From positions 1-64,000 of the forward strand of contig JBQTHB010000002.1 of assembly GCA_052390235.1 (NCBI GenBank): a DNA stretch of 64,000 nt. The letters are read 5' to 3'. Of this stretch, positions 40,753 through 50,684 are shown in pieces. A model generated the notes under the pieces. That model saw only the letters and a program-made list of their open reading frames with translations. It was not told the origin of the DNA and ran no database searches. The DNA is from Deltaproteobacteria bacterium. GTDB taxonomy: Bacteria > Desulfobacterota_D > UBA1144 > Nemesobacterales > CSP1-2. Within the stretch, counting starts at the first letter, position 1, and every line of letters starts with the position of its first letter. Made by a program: the position numbers and the translations under genes.

Positions 40753-41931
40753 ATGAAAATTGCGTTTCAGATGATGGGCGGAGACGCTTGGCCCGTCGGG
40801 CTAGTTTATCTTAGGAATTTGTTCTACGCCCTCAGACAGACCCCCGCCGCAGGACTCACGCTCGCGCTTCTAGCGTCCAAAGAGGATAGGGGCGCGTCCC
40901 ATTTTGCCGAGTCCGCCGACGCCGACGAGGTCATACTCTACGACGCTCCGCCGAGAAAATCCCCGCTTTGGCTCGCAAATGGAGCCGTCCGCCGGATGCT
41001 CGCGCGGGACATCCTGCTGGAGAGGCTCTTTAGGCGGCGCGGTGTTGATGCTCTATTTGCCCCGACTATTCTATTCGGATGCCCTGATGTTGCCGCTCTG
41101 TCGTGGTTTCCCGACTTTCAGCACGCGCATTTCCCGCAGATGTTCTCGGAAGCCGAAGGGGCGTCGCGCAATAAGACGTTTCTTAAATCCGCCGAAGCGT
41201 CAACGCGGGTAATTCTCATGTGCGAGGCTGTAAAGAGGGATTTTGCCGCCTTCGCCCCGCAATATGCCCAAAAGGCGAGGGTTATCCATCCGATGACCCT
41301 CATTCCTGAGTCGGTTTACGAGACGCAGGCGCGCTCAATCCTCGGCGTCTATAGCCTGCCGGAGAGATTCATATATCTGCCCAATCAATTTTGGAAGCAC
41401 AAAAACCACGAAATCGCCTTCCACGCCGTTAAAATCCTCAAGAGCAGGGGCGTCAAAGTGAATTTGGTCTGCACGGGAAGCCCGTCGGATTACCGTCATC
41501 CGTCTTATTTCCCGGAGCTGAGCCGAAAAATCTCGGAGTGGAATATCCGGGAAGAGGCGATATATCTGGGATTAGTCCCGCGTGAGCATGTACTGCTTCT
41601 CATGAGAGAGTCTCTTGCCGTGCTGAATCCATCTCTGTTCGAGGGCTGGGGCTATACGGTTGACGAGGCGCGCTCGCTGGGAAAAAGGGTGATTCTCTCG
41701 GATATTCCCGCTCACAGGGAGCAGAATCCCCCGAAAGCCGAGTATTTCAATCCCGAAGACTCCGAGGCTCTGGCAGATAAATTAGCCCGGATTTGGGCGG
41801 AGGCGAGTCCGGGCGCGGACTTAGGGCTAGAGCGTGAGGCGCGCCTGCATCAGGGGGCGAGGCTCGCCGCCTACGGGGAGACTTTCCTCTCGGTAGCAAC
41901 TGAAGCCGTCCGGCAGGTTCGTGGGGGTTGA
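40753..41931 (+). CDS. Glycosyltransferase family 4 (GT-B)
   Basis: PDFQH, PNQFWKHKNH, PSLFEGWG..VDEA, SDIP. Confidence 0.88.
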   Translation: MKIAFQMMGGDAWPVGLVYLRNLFYALRQTPAAGLTLALLASKEDRGASHFAESADADEVILYDAPPRKSPLWLANGAVRRMLARDILLERLFRRRGVDALFAPTILFGCPDVAALSWFPDFQHAHFPQMFSEAEGASRNKTFLKSAEASTRVILMCEAVKRDFAAFAPQYAQKARVIHPMTLIPESVYETQARSILGVYSLPERFIYLPNQFWKHKNHEIAFHAVKILKSRGVKVNLVCTGSPSDYRHPSYFPELSRKISEWNIREEAIYLGLVPREHVLLLMRESLAVLNPSLFEGWGYTVDEARSLGKRVILSDIPAHREQNPPKAEYFNPEDSEALADKLARIWAEASPGADLGLEREARLHQGARLAAYGETFLSVATEAVRQVRGG

Positions 41932-41953
41932 AGCGAGATATGGGGGATTTATT

Positions 41954-42380
41954 GTTCGACTCCGCTCCCTTCGACGTGGTTTATTTATAGTGAGCGGAGT
42001 CGAACTACTCAGTGTGAAAATGAAGTGGATTCCCGCTCAGGAGGCTTGCGGGAATGACAGAGGGTGATGACCTGCGGGAATGACAACCCTTTGCGTCATT
42101 TCGCCTCTTCGCCCCTATCACTTCGAGTCTTCTGCTGTCATTTTGAGCCGAAGGGCGAGAAATCCTGCGTTTTAAGATTTCTCTCGGCGTTCGGAATGAC
42201 AGATTCGGAATGACAGAAGTGAGGGAGAGGGGCGCTTCATGCCGAGCGGGAGCCTCTTGTGTCATTCTCACGAAAGTGGGAATCTACAGTTCGACCAAGC
42301 TCCCTTAGACACCGCTCAGTGTGAAAATGAAGTGGATTCCCGCTCAGTAGGCTTGCGGGAATGACACAGGGTAATGACTT
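41954..42380. repeat. Mosaic palindromic repeat cluster
   Basis: GGATTCCCGCTCAG..TTGCGGGAATGACA at 42027 and 42334 with the other modules between; hairpin GTTCGACTCCGCTC/GAGCGGAGTCGAAC at 41954-42005. Confidence 0.92.
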
Positions 42381-42408
42381 GCCAGAATTCTGACCTCTCT
42401 GCATTTTC

Positions 42409-42438
42409 GCCACTAGCCACTAAAAACTGCCTTTCCCA
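42409..42438 (-). repeat. Left arm of a 30-bp imperfect inverted repeat flanking the FkbM gene
   Basis: Reverse complement TGGGAAAGGCAGTTTTTAGTGGCTAGTGGC, 26/30 identical to 43277-43306. Confidence 0.7.
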
Positions 42439-43295
42439 TGTCCTCGCTGATAAAATTCATCAAATTCGCCTTTATAAGAGACTTCTACGCCACTCTCGCC
42501 CGCGTGCCTCTCGTGGGGGCGGCGCTTCGAGCGGTCGTCCGAATGCTCATTCCCTATGGAAAGCGGGTGTGGCTTCAGGTGTCTGGCGGGATTATCAAGG
42601 GCTTGTGGATGAACCTTGACCCCCGCTATGAGCTTGATTACTGGCGTGGAAACTGGGAGTCTGGGCTTGAGGGCTGCTTCGTCGAATATCTCAAGCCCGG
42701 AGGCGTTTTCTATGACGTGGGAGCGCACATAGGATATTTCAGCATGGTCGCCGCCCGCTTGGTTGGAGACGGCGGCAGGGTGTTTACCTTTGAGCCTGAC
42801 CCGGATAACGCCTCGTGCGTCAGGAGGCATATCGCCCGAAACCGGCTCTCTCAAATCGAGATTACCGAAGCCGCCGTATGGTCTGGGAGCGGCTCTCTTA
42901 CGTTCAAACGGGCAATCGAGCGCTCAAGCCGTAACATGGGCGCGGTGGATGCCGAGGGAGTCTCCGGTTCATCTGAGGGTATGATTCGCGTCTCTGCGGT
43001 CTCACTGGATGAATTCTGCCGCAGTCATCCCCTGCCGAGTATGATAAAAATTGATGTGGAGGGGGGCGAAATTGAAGTTCTGCGGGGCGCGACCGGCTTA
43101 CTTACTGGGAAGGATAAGCCGGTCGTGCTTTGCGAGGTGCATAGCTCGGAAAACCTCGACGCTTTCCAGTCTCTCATGCGCTCTTTTGGGTACTCGGTTC
43201 GCCCCTTAGGACAGAGTACGGGGGAATTCCCCGCGCATTTTCTCGCCCGTCCCGAAATTTTAGCTCAGAACCAGTCTGGGAAAGGCAGTGATTAG
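42438..43295 (+). CDS. FkbM family methyltransferase
   Basis: YDVGAHIGYF, FEP, IKIDVEGGE, CEVH. Confidence 0.9.
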   Translation: MSSLIKFIKFAFIRDFYATLARVPLVGAALRAVVRMLIPYGKRVWLQVSGGIIKGLWMNLDPRYELDYWRGNWESGLEGCFVEYLKPGGVFYDVGAHIGYFSMVAARLVGDGGRVFTFEPDPDNASCVRRHIARNRLSQIEITEAAVWSGSGSLTFKRAIERSSRNMGAVDAEGVSGSSEGMIRVSAVSLDEFCRSHPLPSMIKIDVEGGEIEVLRGATGLLTGKDKPVVLCEVHSSENLDAFQSLMRSFGYSVRPLGQSTGEFPAHFLARPEILAQNQSGKGSD

Positions 43296-43306
43296 TTGCT
43301 AGTTGC
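43277..43306 (+). repeat. Right arm of the 30-bp imperfect inverted repeat
   Basis: TGGGAAAGGCAGTGATTAGTTGCTAGTTGC, contains the FkbM stop codon. Confidence 0.7.
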
Positions 43307-43427
43307 TAGTGGAACTCATCCCTAGAGACTCAGCTTGATTCAGATTAAAAACAGTGGACTCTCCAATTACGCCCCCCCTCAGCATAGAATTTTCGAGATT
43401 GCCTCTATACGCTAGGAACTGCCCCTC

Positions 43428-44468
43428 ATGCGCTCGCCAAAATTAGCCGACCTCCCCCCCGCGCCTGCCGGAAAAACCGGATGGCCCTGGACTTGCGAAA
43501 GCGCCCCGATGCCGGATTCCGCCCCAGACGGACGCCCTATTGCCAGAATCAGCGTCGTAACCCCGTCATACAATCAGGGGCGGTTTATCGAGGAGACGAT
43601 TCGCTCCGTGCTTCTTCAGGGCTACCCCGACATCGAGCTTATCATCATGGATGGCGGAAGCCGAGATGAAACCCTTGAGGTCATAGGCAGATATGAAAAG
43701 TGGATTTCCTTCTGGACTAGCGCTCCCGACGGGGGGCAGACGCAGGCTATCAACGCCGGATGGAGGCGGGCTACGGGCGGATACCTCACGTGGCTCAATT
43801 CGGATGACTACTTCGCGCCGGAGTGGTCAGCAGTGGCGGCGTCCGCGCTCTGGGCTGACGATAGCGTTGGGATAATATGCGCCGACGCTCTTGTAGTGGA
43901 TGCGTATTCCCGTGTTCTGTCAATCTTCAGAGGCTCTGAGCCGGACATCGGGCGGATGCTGACGCGCTGGCAGGGGTTTGCGCAGCCCGGGTTTCTGATG
44001 AGGCGCGAGGTTTTGGATAGATGTGGATTCTTGGACGAAAGTATGCAGTTTACAATGGATTTTGAGTACTGGGTGAGGCTACTAGCGCGCGGGGTGAAAT
44101 TTGGCTACGCGCCAAAATCCATTGCCGCAACGAGGCTTCATCCGCATTCAAAGACCTCGACGCTCTACCGCGTCGCAATAGCCAATCTGCTCGATGTCGT
44201 CGGGAAATTTCAGGCAGACCCCCCGGCGCATCTCGAAGCGCTTGCCCGCCGGGCATCTGAGAGGGCCCCTTGGAATGCGGCATATCTAGCTTTTGTGAGC
44301 GGCGACGATACTCTGGCTAGGCGGTATCTCGCGGATTATCTAAAGCGCGCCGGGGTACGGGCGGCGCCAAAATCCGCCGCTCTGTGCGCGCTCACTTTTC
44401 TGGGCGGATGGGGAAGGGATATCCTCGCGTTCTATCAGCTCTATCAAAACACGCGCTCCGGTTCATGA
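43428..44468 (+). CDS. Glycosyltransferase family 2
   Basis: SVVTPSYNQG, MDGGSRD, WLNSDD, MDFEYW. Confidence 0.9.
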   Translation: MRSPKLADLPPAPAGKTGWPWTCESAPMPDSAPDGRPIARISVVTPSYNQGRFIEETIRSVLLQGYPDIELIIMDGGSRDETLEVIGRYEKWISFWTSAPDGGQTQAINAGWRRATGGYLTWLNSDDYFAPEWSAVAASALWADDSVGIICADALVVDAYSRVLSIFRGSEPDIGRMLTRWQGFAQPGFLMRREVLDRCGFLDESMQFTMDFEYWVRLLARGVKFGYAPKSIAATRLHPHSKTSTLYRVAIANLLDVVGKFQADPPAHLEALARRASERAPWNAAYLAFVSGDDTLARRYLADYLKRAGVRAAPKSAALCALTFLGGWGRDILAFYQLYQNTRSGS

Positions 44469-44681
44469 TGATGCAGAAGATTCAAAAACAGGAGATTTTT
44501 CCTTTTCAACTTAAAATGACAAGCTCCGCCGCTTAGCTATTTTGTAGCGCTATTGTTCGGCGCGCTTATTTTAGGTTCTGCCTTTGCATATCAAAACACT
44601 CGATGCGTGCTCTGCCATCCCGGTCAGAAGTGGCAGACATCTGAATTTCTGGTCTCTACTAACGGCTTGACGGTAAAATCC

Positions 44682-45584
44682 ATGAATATATCTGAAATCA
44701 TCCGCGCGCTCCCCCGTTTTATGCGCCGCCACAAGCTCATCCAGGCTATGCTCCGCGTCTGCCCGTCATCTCGCATTCAGGAGATTCGCTTCAACGGCTC
44801 AGCGAGTCTCTACGCCGACCTCCGAGACCCGTTTGCGAGGAGTTATCTAATTGCCGAGGGCTTCGACCCTGAATTTTTCGCCATCGCCGCTCCATTTCTC
44901 TCAAATGGCGGGGTGTTCTTTGATGTGGGGGCAAATTTTGGCTTCTGCACGTTCGGGCTGATTGACCTCCTCGGCGGGGGGGCGGGCGTTAATTATCACC
45001 TATTTGAAGCAAATGGCGATATATGCTCCCTCCTTGCGCGGTCGGCGGCTCTTCATGCGATGGGAGATATTTGGATAAATCGCTGCTGCGTAACGGATGT
45101 CGCCGGAGTGTCGAGGTTTCAACTCGTCGCCGATAATTTTGGGGCGTCTCATATATTGTCGGACGGCGGCGGCGAGGAGGTAGAAAATCTAATTCTCGAT
45201 GAATACGTCGCCCGTCATTCAATTCGCAGGATAAACCTCCTCAAGATTGACATCGAGGGGTGGGAGGCGCGGGCTTTTCGAGGCGGCATTAACACTCTGG
45301 CATCGGGCGCTGTGGACGCGGTCTATTTCGAGGCGTCATCTGAAAATCTGGGGCGCGCGGGGTTTTCCCTCTCGGACTGCTTCTCAATTCTCGAAGATGC
45401 CGGGTTCTGCCTCTATTACGTCAGAAGCGCGGACTTCCACTCCGGAGTTGCAGACGAGCGCAAATCCCTCACTCTTGGCGTGAACGGGCATCGCCTGACT
45501 GTTGCCCGTGTCGGCGCGATTCCTACCCGTCTTCACACGGACATTCTCGCTGTACACAAATCTTGCGCGTATATAGGGCTATGA
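44682..45584 (+). CDS. FkbM family methyltransferase
   Basis: FDVGANFG, FEAN, LKIDIEGWE; start placed at ATG 44682. Confidence 0.88.
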   Translation: MNISEIIRALPRFMRRHKLIQAMLRVCPSSRIQEIRFNGSASLYADLRDPFARSYLIAEGFDPEFFAIAAPFLSNGGVFFDVGANFGFCTFGLIDLLGGGAGVNYHLFEANGDICSLLARSAALHAMGDIWINRCCVTDVAGVSRFQLVADNFGASHILSDGGGEEVENLILDEYVARHSIRRINLLKIDIEGWEARAFRGGINTLASGAVDAVYFEASSENLGRAGFSLSDCFSILEDAGFCLYYVRSADFHSGVADERKSLTLGVNGHRLTVARVGAIPTRLHTDILAVHKSCAYIGL

Positions 45585-46723
45585 ATATTCTCACTTTCAC
45601 CGGATACCCGCTCGACCCCAAACTCGGAAGCGGAAAAACTGTGCTTATGTTCTCCGAGGGGCTGCGCGGCGCCGGGCATTCAGTGCGCGTCTGCGAGCCG
45701 GAGCAGTACGAGCCGCTCTACGGGCTTGGGCGAGGCACTCAGTTCCGCCAAGCATGGGGAAGCGACAGGCTGATAGGCAAATTGAGCGTCGCCGAGAGCT
45801 TCGACTTGCTTGAATTCTACGGGGCGGAGTTTTGGATAGCCATACGGAGGCTCTCGAAAATGCGTCGAAGACCGCTTCTGGTGAGCCACACGAACGGCTT
45901 AGAGCTTTTGCTCTTCGACCGTCAGAGGGAATACGAGCCTCGCCCGAAATCATTGGGAGGCAGGATGCGCGCTTTCATCTTCGGGCAGACCCACGAGAGG
46001 TTCTCGAAAATCGCGTTTGCCCATGCCGATGCGTTTATGGCAATTTGCGAACTGGACCGAAAATACGTCGTCAACGCGGGACTCTTCCCGCCGGAGCGCA
46101 CGGCAGTAGTAGAGCCGGGGATTGACGCAGAGTATCTAGCCCATACCTTCACCGCTCAGCGTGAACACAGGGTCGCGTTCTGCGGCACATGGATTGCGCG
46201 CAAAGGCATTGGCGCGGTGTCAGCGGTTATGAGGGAGGCTCTCCTGAGGGATAAGAATCTCTCGTTCGACGTCTATGGGACGGGCGGAGCAAGGGACGGC
46301 GTGCTTGCCGGATTTCCGCCGGAGGTTCACCCGCGCATAGAGGTTCACCCGAAACTCTCGAACGGGGATTTGGCGCGGAGTTTGTCGAGGGCGAAGGTTT
46401 TTTTCTTCCCCACTCAGTACGAGGGATTCGGCATCGCGCTTGCCGAGGCTATGGCGTGCGGACTCGCGGCGGTAACCACTCCGACGGGATTCGGGGCGGA
46501 TTTGCGGGACGGCGAGGAGGCATTAATTCGGGGTTTTGACGACCTCAAGGGGATGCGGGATGCCGTGTTGAGTCTCCTCGGCAATGAAGCGATGAGGCGC
46601 GCCGTAGCCGAGAGGGGCTGGCAAAGGGTCCGCTCTTTGACCTGGGCAAGGAGCGTCGAGCGGCTTGAAGCCGTATATCGGGACTGGGTGTCGGAACACA
46701 AGCGGCGGATGCGGGAGGGATGA
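45581..46723 (+). CDS. Glycosyltransferase family 4
   Basis: RKG, PTQYEGFGIALAEAMACG. Confidence 0.9.
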   Translation: MNILTFTGYPLDPKLGSGKTVLMFSEGLRGAGHSVRVCEPEQYEPLYGLGRGTQFRQAWGSDRLIGKLSVAESFDLLEFYGAEFWIAIRRLSKMRRRPLLVSHTNGLELLLFDRQREYEPRPKSLGGRMRAFIFGQTHERFSKIAFAHADAFMAICELDRKYVVNAGLFPPERTAVVEPGIDAEYLAHTFTAQREHRVAFCGTWIARKGIGAVSAVMREALLRDKNLSFDVYGTGGARDGVLAGFPPEVHPRIEVHPKLSNGDLARSLSRAKVFFFPTQYEGFGIALAEAMACGLAAVTTPTGFGADLRDGEEALIRGFDDLKGMRDAVLSLLGNEAMRRAVAERGWQRVRSLTWARSVERLEAVYRDWVSEHKRRMREG

Positions 46724-46746
46724 TTCAAGCGAGCGGCGAGGAGAAG

Positions 46747-46968
46747 CGCTCAGGGTGAAGAGAAGTGGATTCCCGCTCTGATGGCTTGCGGGAATAACAG
46801 AGGGTGATGGCTTGCGGGAATGACAATCCCCTCATCATTTGTCCTCTTCGCTCCCTGTCCTTTCGAGCCGAAGGGCGAGAAATCCTGCCATTTTAAGATT
46901 TCTCCTCACGGCTAAGCGGTTCGTCGAAATGACAACCTCTAAGATTCCTCTCCGCGTTCGGAATAACA
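46747..46968. repeat. Mosaic palindromic repeat cluster
   Basis: GGATTCCCGCTCTGATGGCTTGCGGGAAT, TTTCGAGCCGAAGGGCGAGAAATCC, AGATTCCTCTCCGCGTTCGGAAT. Confidence 0.9.
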
Positions 46969-47079
46969 ACCTCTACTCTTCTGCCGGATGGCTTCTGGGC
47001 ATCTTTAGTTTCCATTGGCGCAAAATTCGTGGCTGGAGTGGAGTTTACAATTCCAAGCCGTCTTTATACTGAATTCCGA

Positions 47080-48258
47080 ATGAAACTGCTCATCATATCG
47101 CCGCATTTCCCGAATATCCGAGGGGGCGTTGCAGACCACACGCTCCATCTCGCCAAAGCCCTCGCCGAAGCGGGAAACGAGGTCTCGGTGCTGACATCCT
47201 CCGACGACAGAGTCATTGCCAAAGCCGATAATATTGAGATTTCTGCGTCAATTGAAAATTGGGGAATTCTGGGTCTTCCCCCCCTCGTTCGAGCGATAAA
47301 ACGGGCGATGCCGGATTGCGTCCTCATTCAATACGTCCCGTATATGTATAGCGGGGCGGGCGTGCCGGTTGCCGCCGCGCTCCTCTCGATATGGCTCCGC
47401 TTTGCCAATTTGCGGGTGGTTGCTACGTTTCACGAAATAGCCACGGCGTTTAATCCGGCAAAGCCTAAAGCCGCTATGCTCTCGCTTGCGCAGAGGCTAG
47501 TAGCCAATGTAATCTGCCGAATGGCGCACGGCGTAGTCATCACGGCTGAGGCTTATAGGGCGACGATTTGCGGGTTCGGCGCAAAAGCCTCAAAAATCTA
47601 TGTCGGGAGCAATATCCTGCCCGTTAGTTTCTCGGATGATGATAAAAGAGATTTCAGGCGCCGCCTCGCCTCACCCGATGAAGCCATCATCTCGACTTTC
47701 GGGGCGAATCCCAAAAGAGCCGATGTTCTCATCGGAGCGGTTAAGAGGCTCGGCGAACGGGGAGTTCCCTCCAAACTGCTGATTCTTGGAGGCGCGCCCG
47801 ATGAGTGGGTTCAAACAATCCGCGCTAGGGTTCGAGATGAAAATCTCCAGGAGCAGGTCGTCATCACGGGCTATCTCGAATCGGATGACGTTTTTCGCTA
47901 TCTCTCAGCCTCGGATATATTCGTGATACTCGAAGGGGTTTCATCCGAGGGAGCGGGCGGCGTCGGCGTGAAAAATACATCCCTCACAGCCGCCCTTGCC
48001 GCCGGAGCGCCTGTCATCGCCAACCGCGGACACATGACGCAGGGCGATTACCTATCTCACCGAGAAAACGCTATCCTCATAGACTCGCTGGATGAAGAGT
48101 CCATTGCCTCGGAGATACAAAATCTCCTCTCAGACCCCGCGCTGATGAAAAAATTAAGCTCTGCCGCCCTCTGCGCTTTCAACAAGGAACTCGACTGGCG
48201 CGCCGTCGCCCGAAAATATCTAAAAGCTATATCCGATGCATCCAACCCTCGCCCATGA
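47080..48258 (+). CDS. Glycosyltransferase family 4-like (GT-B)
   Basis: MKLLIISP..GGVADHT..LA, TFHE, ASDIFV, AALAAGAPVI (atypical ExxxxxxxE site). Confidence 0.8.
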   Translation: MKLLIISPHFPNIRGGVADHTLHLAKALAEAGNEVSVLTSSDDRVIAKADNIEISASIENWGILGLPPLVRAIKRAMPDCVLIQYVPYMYSGAGVPVAAALLSIWLRFANLRVVATFHEIATAFNPAKPKAAMLSLAQRLVANVICRMAHGVVITAEAYRATICGFGAKASKIYVGSNILPVSFSDDDKRDFRRRLASPDEAIISTFGANPKRADVLIGAVKRLGERGVPSKLLILGGAPDEWVQTIRARVRDENLQEQVVITGYLESDDVFRYLSASDIFVILEGVSSEGAGGVGVKNTSLTAALAAGAPVIANRGHMTQGDYLSHRENAILIDSLDEESIASEIQNLLSDPALMKKLSSAALCAFNKELDWRAVARKYLKAISDASNPRP

Positions 48259-49289
48259 CTCAAAATAAAATATCAACCGAGCCGGTAGTGAAATGCCCCC
48301 TCTGCGGCGTCTTCGGAGAAATCCGTTATTCGGGACTCCGCGATGCCATATGGGACACCCCCGGCGAGTGGGCTTACAGAGCCTGCCCCGAATGCAAAGC
48401 CCTGTGGATTGACCCGCGCCCACTGCCTCGCAGCTTCCCCGCCATCTACCCTGAGGATTATCTCACGCACTTCGGGCCCTTTGACGCGCTCTGTCCGAGG
48501 GATGGCGCGCTCGAAACCCTGCGCCTCGGCGTTAAGCGTGAAATTCTGCGCCGCTCTTGGGGCTATTCCTCCTCGAATGCGCCGGGTTCGCTGGCGGGTT
48601 TTTTAGGAGCGGCGGCGGCAAAAATCCCTCAGCTTCGGCGGTGGGCGGGATTTACCGTGAGGTTTCTCCCTGCCGTGAACGGGGGGAGGTTGCTCGATGT
48701 TGGCTGCGCTACGGGGGGATTTCTCTACACGATGTCGAAGCTCGGCTGGGGGGCAACGGGCGTTGAGCCTGACCCGATTTCAGCCTCGATGGGGCGCAAG
48801 GCTGGGGTCGAGATATTCGACGGCACGACGGATACGGTCTCGTTCCCTCCTGATACCTTCGACGGCGTAACGCTTCATCATGTTATCGAGCATCTGGCGG
48901 ACCCGCTAGGCGTGGTCGTGAAGCTCGCATCGGTTCTCCGTCCGGGGGGGTTGTTTGTCTCTGTTTCGCCTAATCCCGACGGGTTTCTAGCGAGGCGTTT
49001 CGGGGGGTATTGGAGGGGGCTTGAGCCGCCCCGGCATTTTATCCTCCTCGGAAGGCTCGCTCTTGGCAGGATAGCCTCTTCGGCGGGACTCTCCGTGGAT
49101 GAGATTTTCACCACTGCGCGCAACGCAGACTGGATGGCGCGGGAAAGCGAGTCAATTCGGCGATGCGGCAATATTAGGGATTACAAAGGTGGCGCGGCTA
49201 ATAGAGCGGCGGCGGCGATGTCGAGAATTGTCTCTCTACTCGGCGGGGACGAAGGCGATGAGATTGTGATTATTGCCCGCAAGAAATAA
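48255..49289 (+). CDS. Class I SAM-dependent methyltransferase with N-terminal Cys pairs
   Basis: CPLC..CPEC, LLDVGCATG, HHVIEH, LRPGG, PPRH. Confidence 0.85.
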   Translation: MTQNKISTEPVVKCPLCGVFGEIRYSGLRDAIWDTPGEWAYRACPECKALWIDPRPLPRSFPAIYPEDYLTHFGPFDALCPRDGALETLRLGVKREILRRSWGYSSSNAPGSLAGFLGAAAAKIPQLRRWAGFTVRFLPAVNGGRLLDVGCATGGFLYTMSKLGWGATGVEPDPISASMGRKAGVEIFDGTTDTVSFPPDTFDGVTLHHVIEHLADPLGVVVKLASVLRPGGLFVSVSPNPDGFLARRFGGYWRGLEPPRHFILLGRLALGRIASSAGLSVDEIFTTARNADWMARESESIRRCGNIRDYKGGAANRAAAAMSRIVSLLGGDEGDEIVIIARKK

Positions 49290-49300
49290 TATCAATAAAA

Positions 49301-49344
49301 GGGGAATCTTATCTAGGATTTCTCGCTATCGCTCGAAATGACAG
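49301..49344. repeat. Truncated inverted repeat module overlapping the next start codon
   Basis: GGAATCTTATCTAGGATTTCTCGCTATCGCTCGAAATGACAG. Confidence 0.85.
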
Positions 49345-50213
49345 AAAGAAAACCCCTTGCCGTATTCATAATTCACTGGAATCGCCCTGAGGAGTGCGCC
49401 GCCTCAGCGCAAAAGTTCCTCGCTCAGACCGTGCCGGTTCGGATTACCGTGATAGACAACGGCTCTTCGCCCGAAAATCTGGCGGCTCTTCGAGAGGGGG
49501 TTTGCGGCTTTGCGCAGGTCATGCCGCTGGCGGAGAATCTGGGCTTTGGGCCCGGACTCAACGAGGGGCTTAATCTGTGGCTCGCCGATGAAGACGGGGG
49601 GGATTTCGTCGTTCTCTCGGCTCACGACGCGGCGGCGGATGGGGACTGCCTCGAAATTCTCATTAAGGCGATGAGGGAGAATCCGCGAGTAGGCATTGCC
49701 GGGGCGGAGTTTGGCGTTGGCTACGCCGCGTCCTTCAGCGCTTTTAGGGGCCCCGTCATCGAATTTGGCGAGAAGGGCGAGGGATTTGAAAGGCACGCCT
49801 TCGCCAACGGCACGGTCATGATATTTCGGCGCGCTTGTATCAGCGAGATTGGGATTTTCGACGATATTTTCTTTGCTTATGGAGATGAAGTTGACCTGTG
49901 TCTCAGGGCGGCGGCGGCGGGCTGGATGACGGGAGTCGTTTGGGGAGCTAGGGCGCGCAATCCCGGATGCTCCGCGCCTTCGGCAATGGTGTCGTATCTT
50001 CAGGTGCGAAACGCGATACTACTGGTGAGGCGGTGGAAGGGGCGGGGTTTTGCGGCGGCGAGGACTGCGCTATTCGCGCTGAATGCGCTTCGAGGGATTG
50101 TGTGGAAATCTAAAAAGCCGGCGATGTTCTCAGCCCGCGCCTGGGCGTTTGCCATTCGGGACGCTTGGCTCGGAAGATACGGCGCGCCCCCCGAGTCGCT
50201 GAGGCGGAAATAA
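49338..50213 (+). CDS. Glycosyltransferase family 2 (rhamnosyltransferase-like)
   Basis: IIHWNR, IDNGS, ENLGFG, FFAYGDEVDLCLR. Confidence 0.88.
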   Translation: MTERKPLAVFIIHWNRPEECAASAQKFLAQTVPVRITVIDNGSSPENLAALREGVCGFAQVMPLAENLGFGPGLNEGLNLWLADEDGGDFVVLSAHDAAADGDCLEILIKAMRENPRVGIAGAEFGVGYAASFSAFRGPVIEFGEKGEGFERHAFANGTVMIFRRACISEIGIFDDIFFAYGDEVDLCLRAAAAGWMTGVVWGARARNPGCSAPSAMVSYLQVRNAILLVRRWKGRGFAAARTALFALNALRGIVWKSKKPAMFSARAWAFAIRDAWLGRYGAPPESLRRK

Positions 50214-50312
50214 ATCCCCCCATGCGAGAAATCCGCAACGGAGGCAATTTTTTAATGAGCGTTGTGGCAACCAAGCGCTAGCCCTTAATTTACTATAATT
50301 CATCTCAAAATT

Positions 50313-50582
50313 TGTCATTTCGAGCCGAAGGGCGAGAAATCTCAAATAAGATTCCTCTCTGCGTTCGGAATGACAGAAGTGGGGCTTGCGGAGTGGCAGC
50401 AGTGAGGAGTTCGGAGTGGCAGAAGGTGAGAGAGAGGGACACTTGATACCGAGCGATAGCCTCTTGTGTCATTCTCACGAAAGTGGGAATCCATAGCTCG
50501 GCTCCGCTCAGGGTGAAGAGAATTGGATTCCCGCTCAGATGATTTGCGGGAATGACAGGAGTGAGGCTTGCGGAGTGGCAGA
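50313..50582. repeat. Mosaic palindromic repeat cluster
   Basis: Full module series from TGTCATTTCGAGCCGAAGGGCGAGAAATC to GGATTCCCGCTCAGATGATTTGCGGGAATGACA. Confidence 0.92.
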
Positions 50583-50684
50583 AGCTCTGTCGCCCCGCTT
50601 TTGCTCATACTCATTTGGGATATTCCCTCGCAATGGCACTTTGAGGTAGCTCCTAATCATAATCACCGCTTTTCATCTCGAACC

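Noticed and set aside
41954..41963. GTTCGACTCC resembling a tRNA T-arm
   Set aside because: It is one arm of a repeat hairpin; no cloverleaf can be formed.
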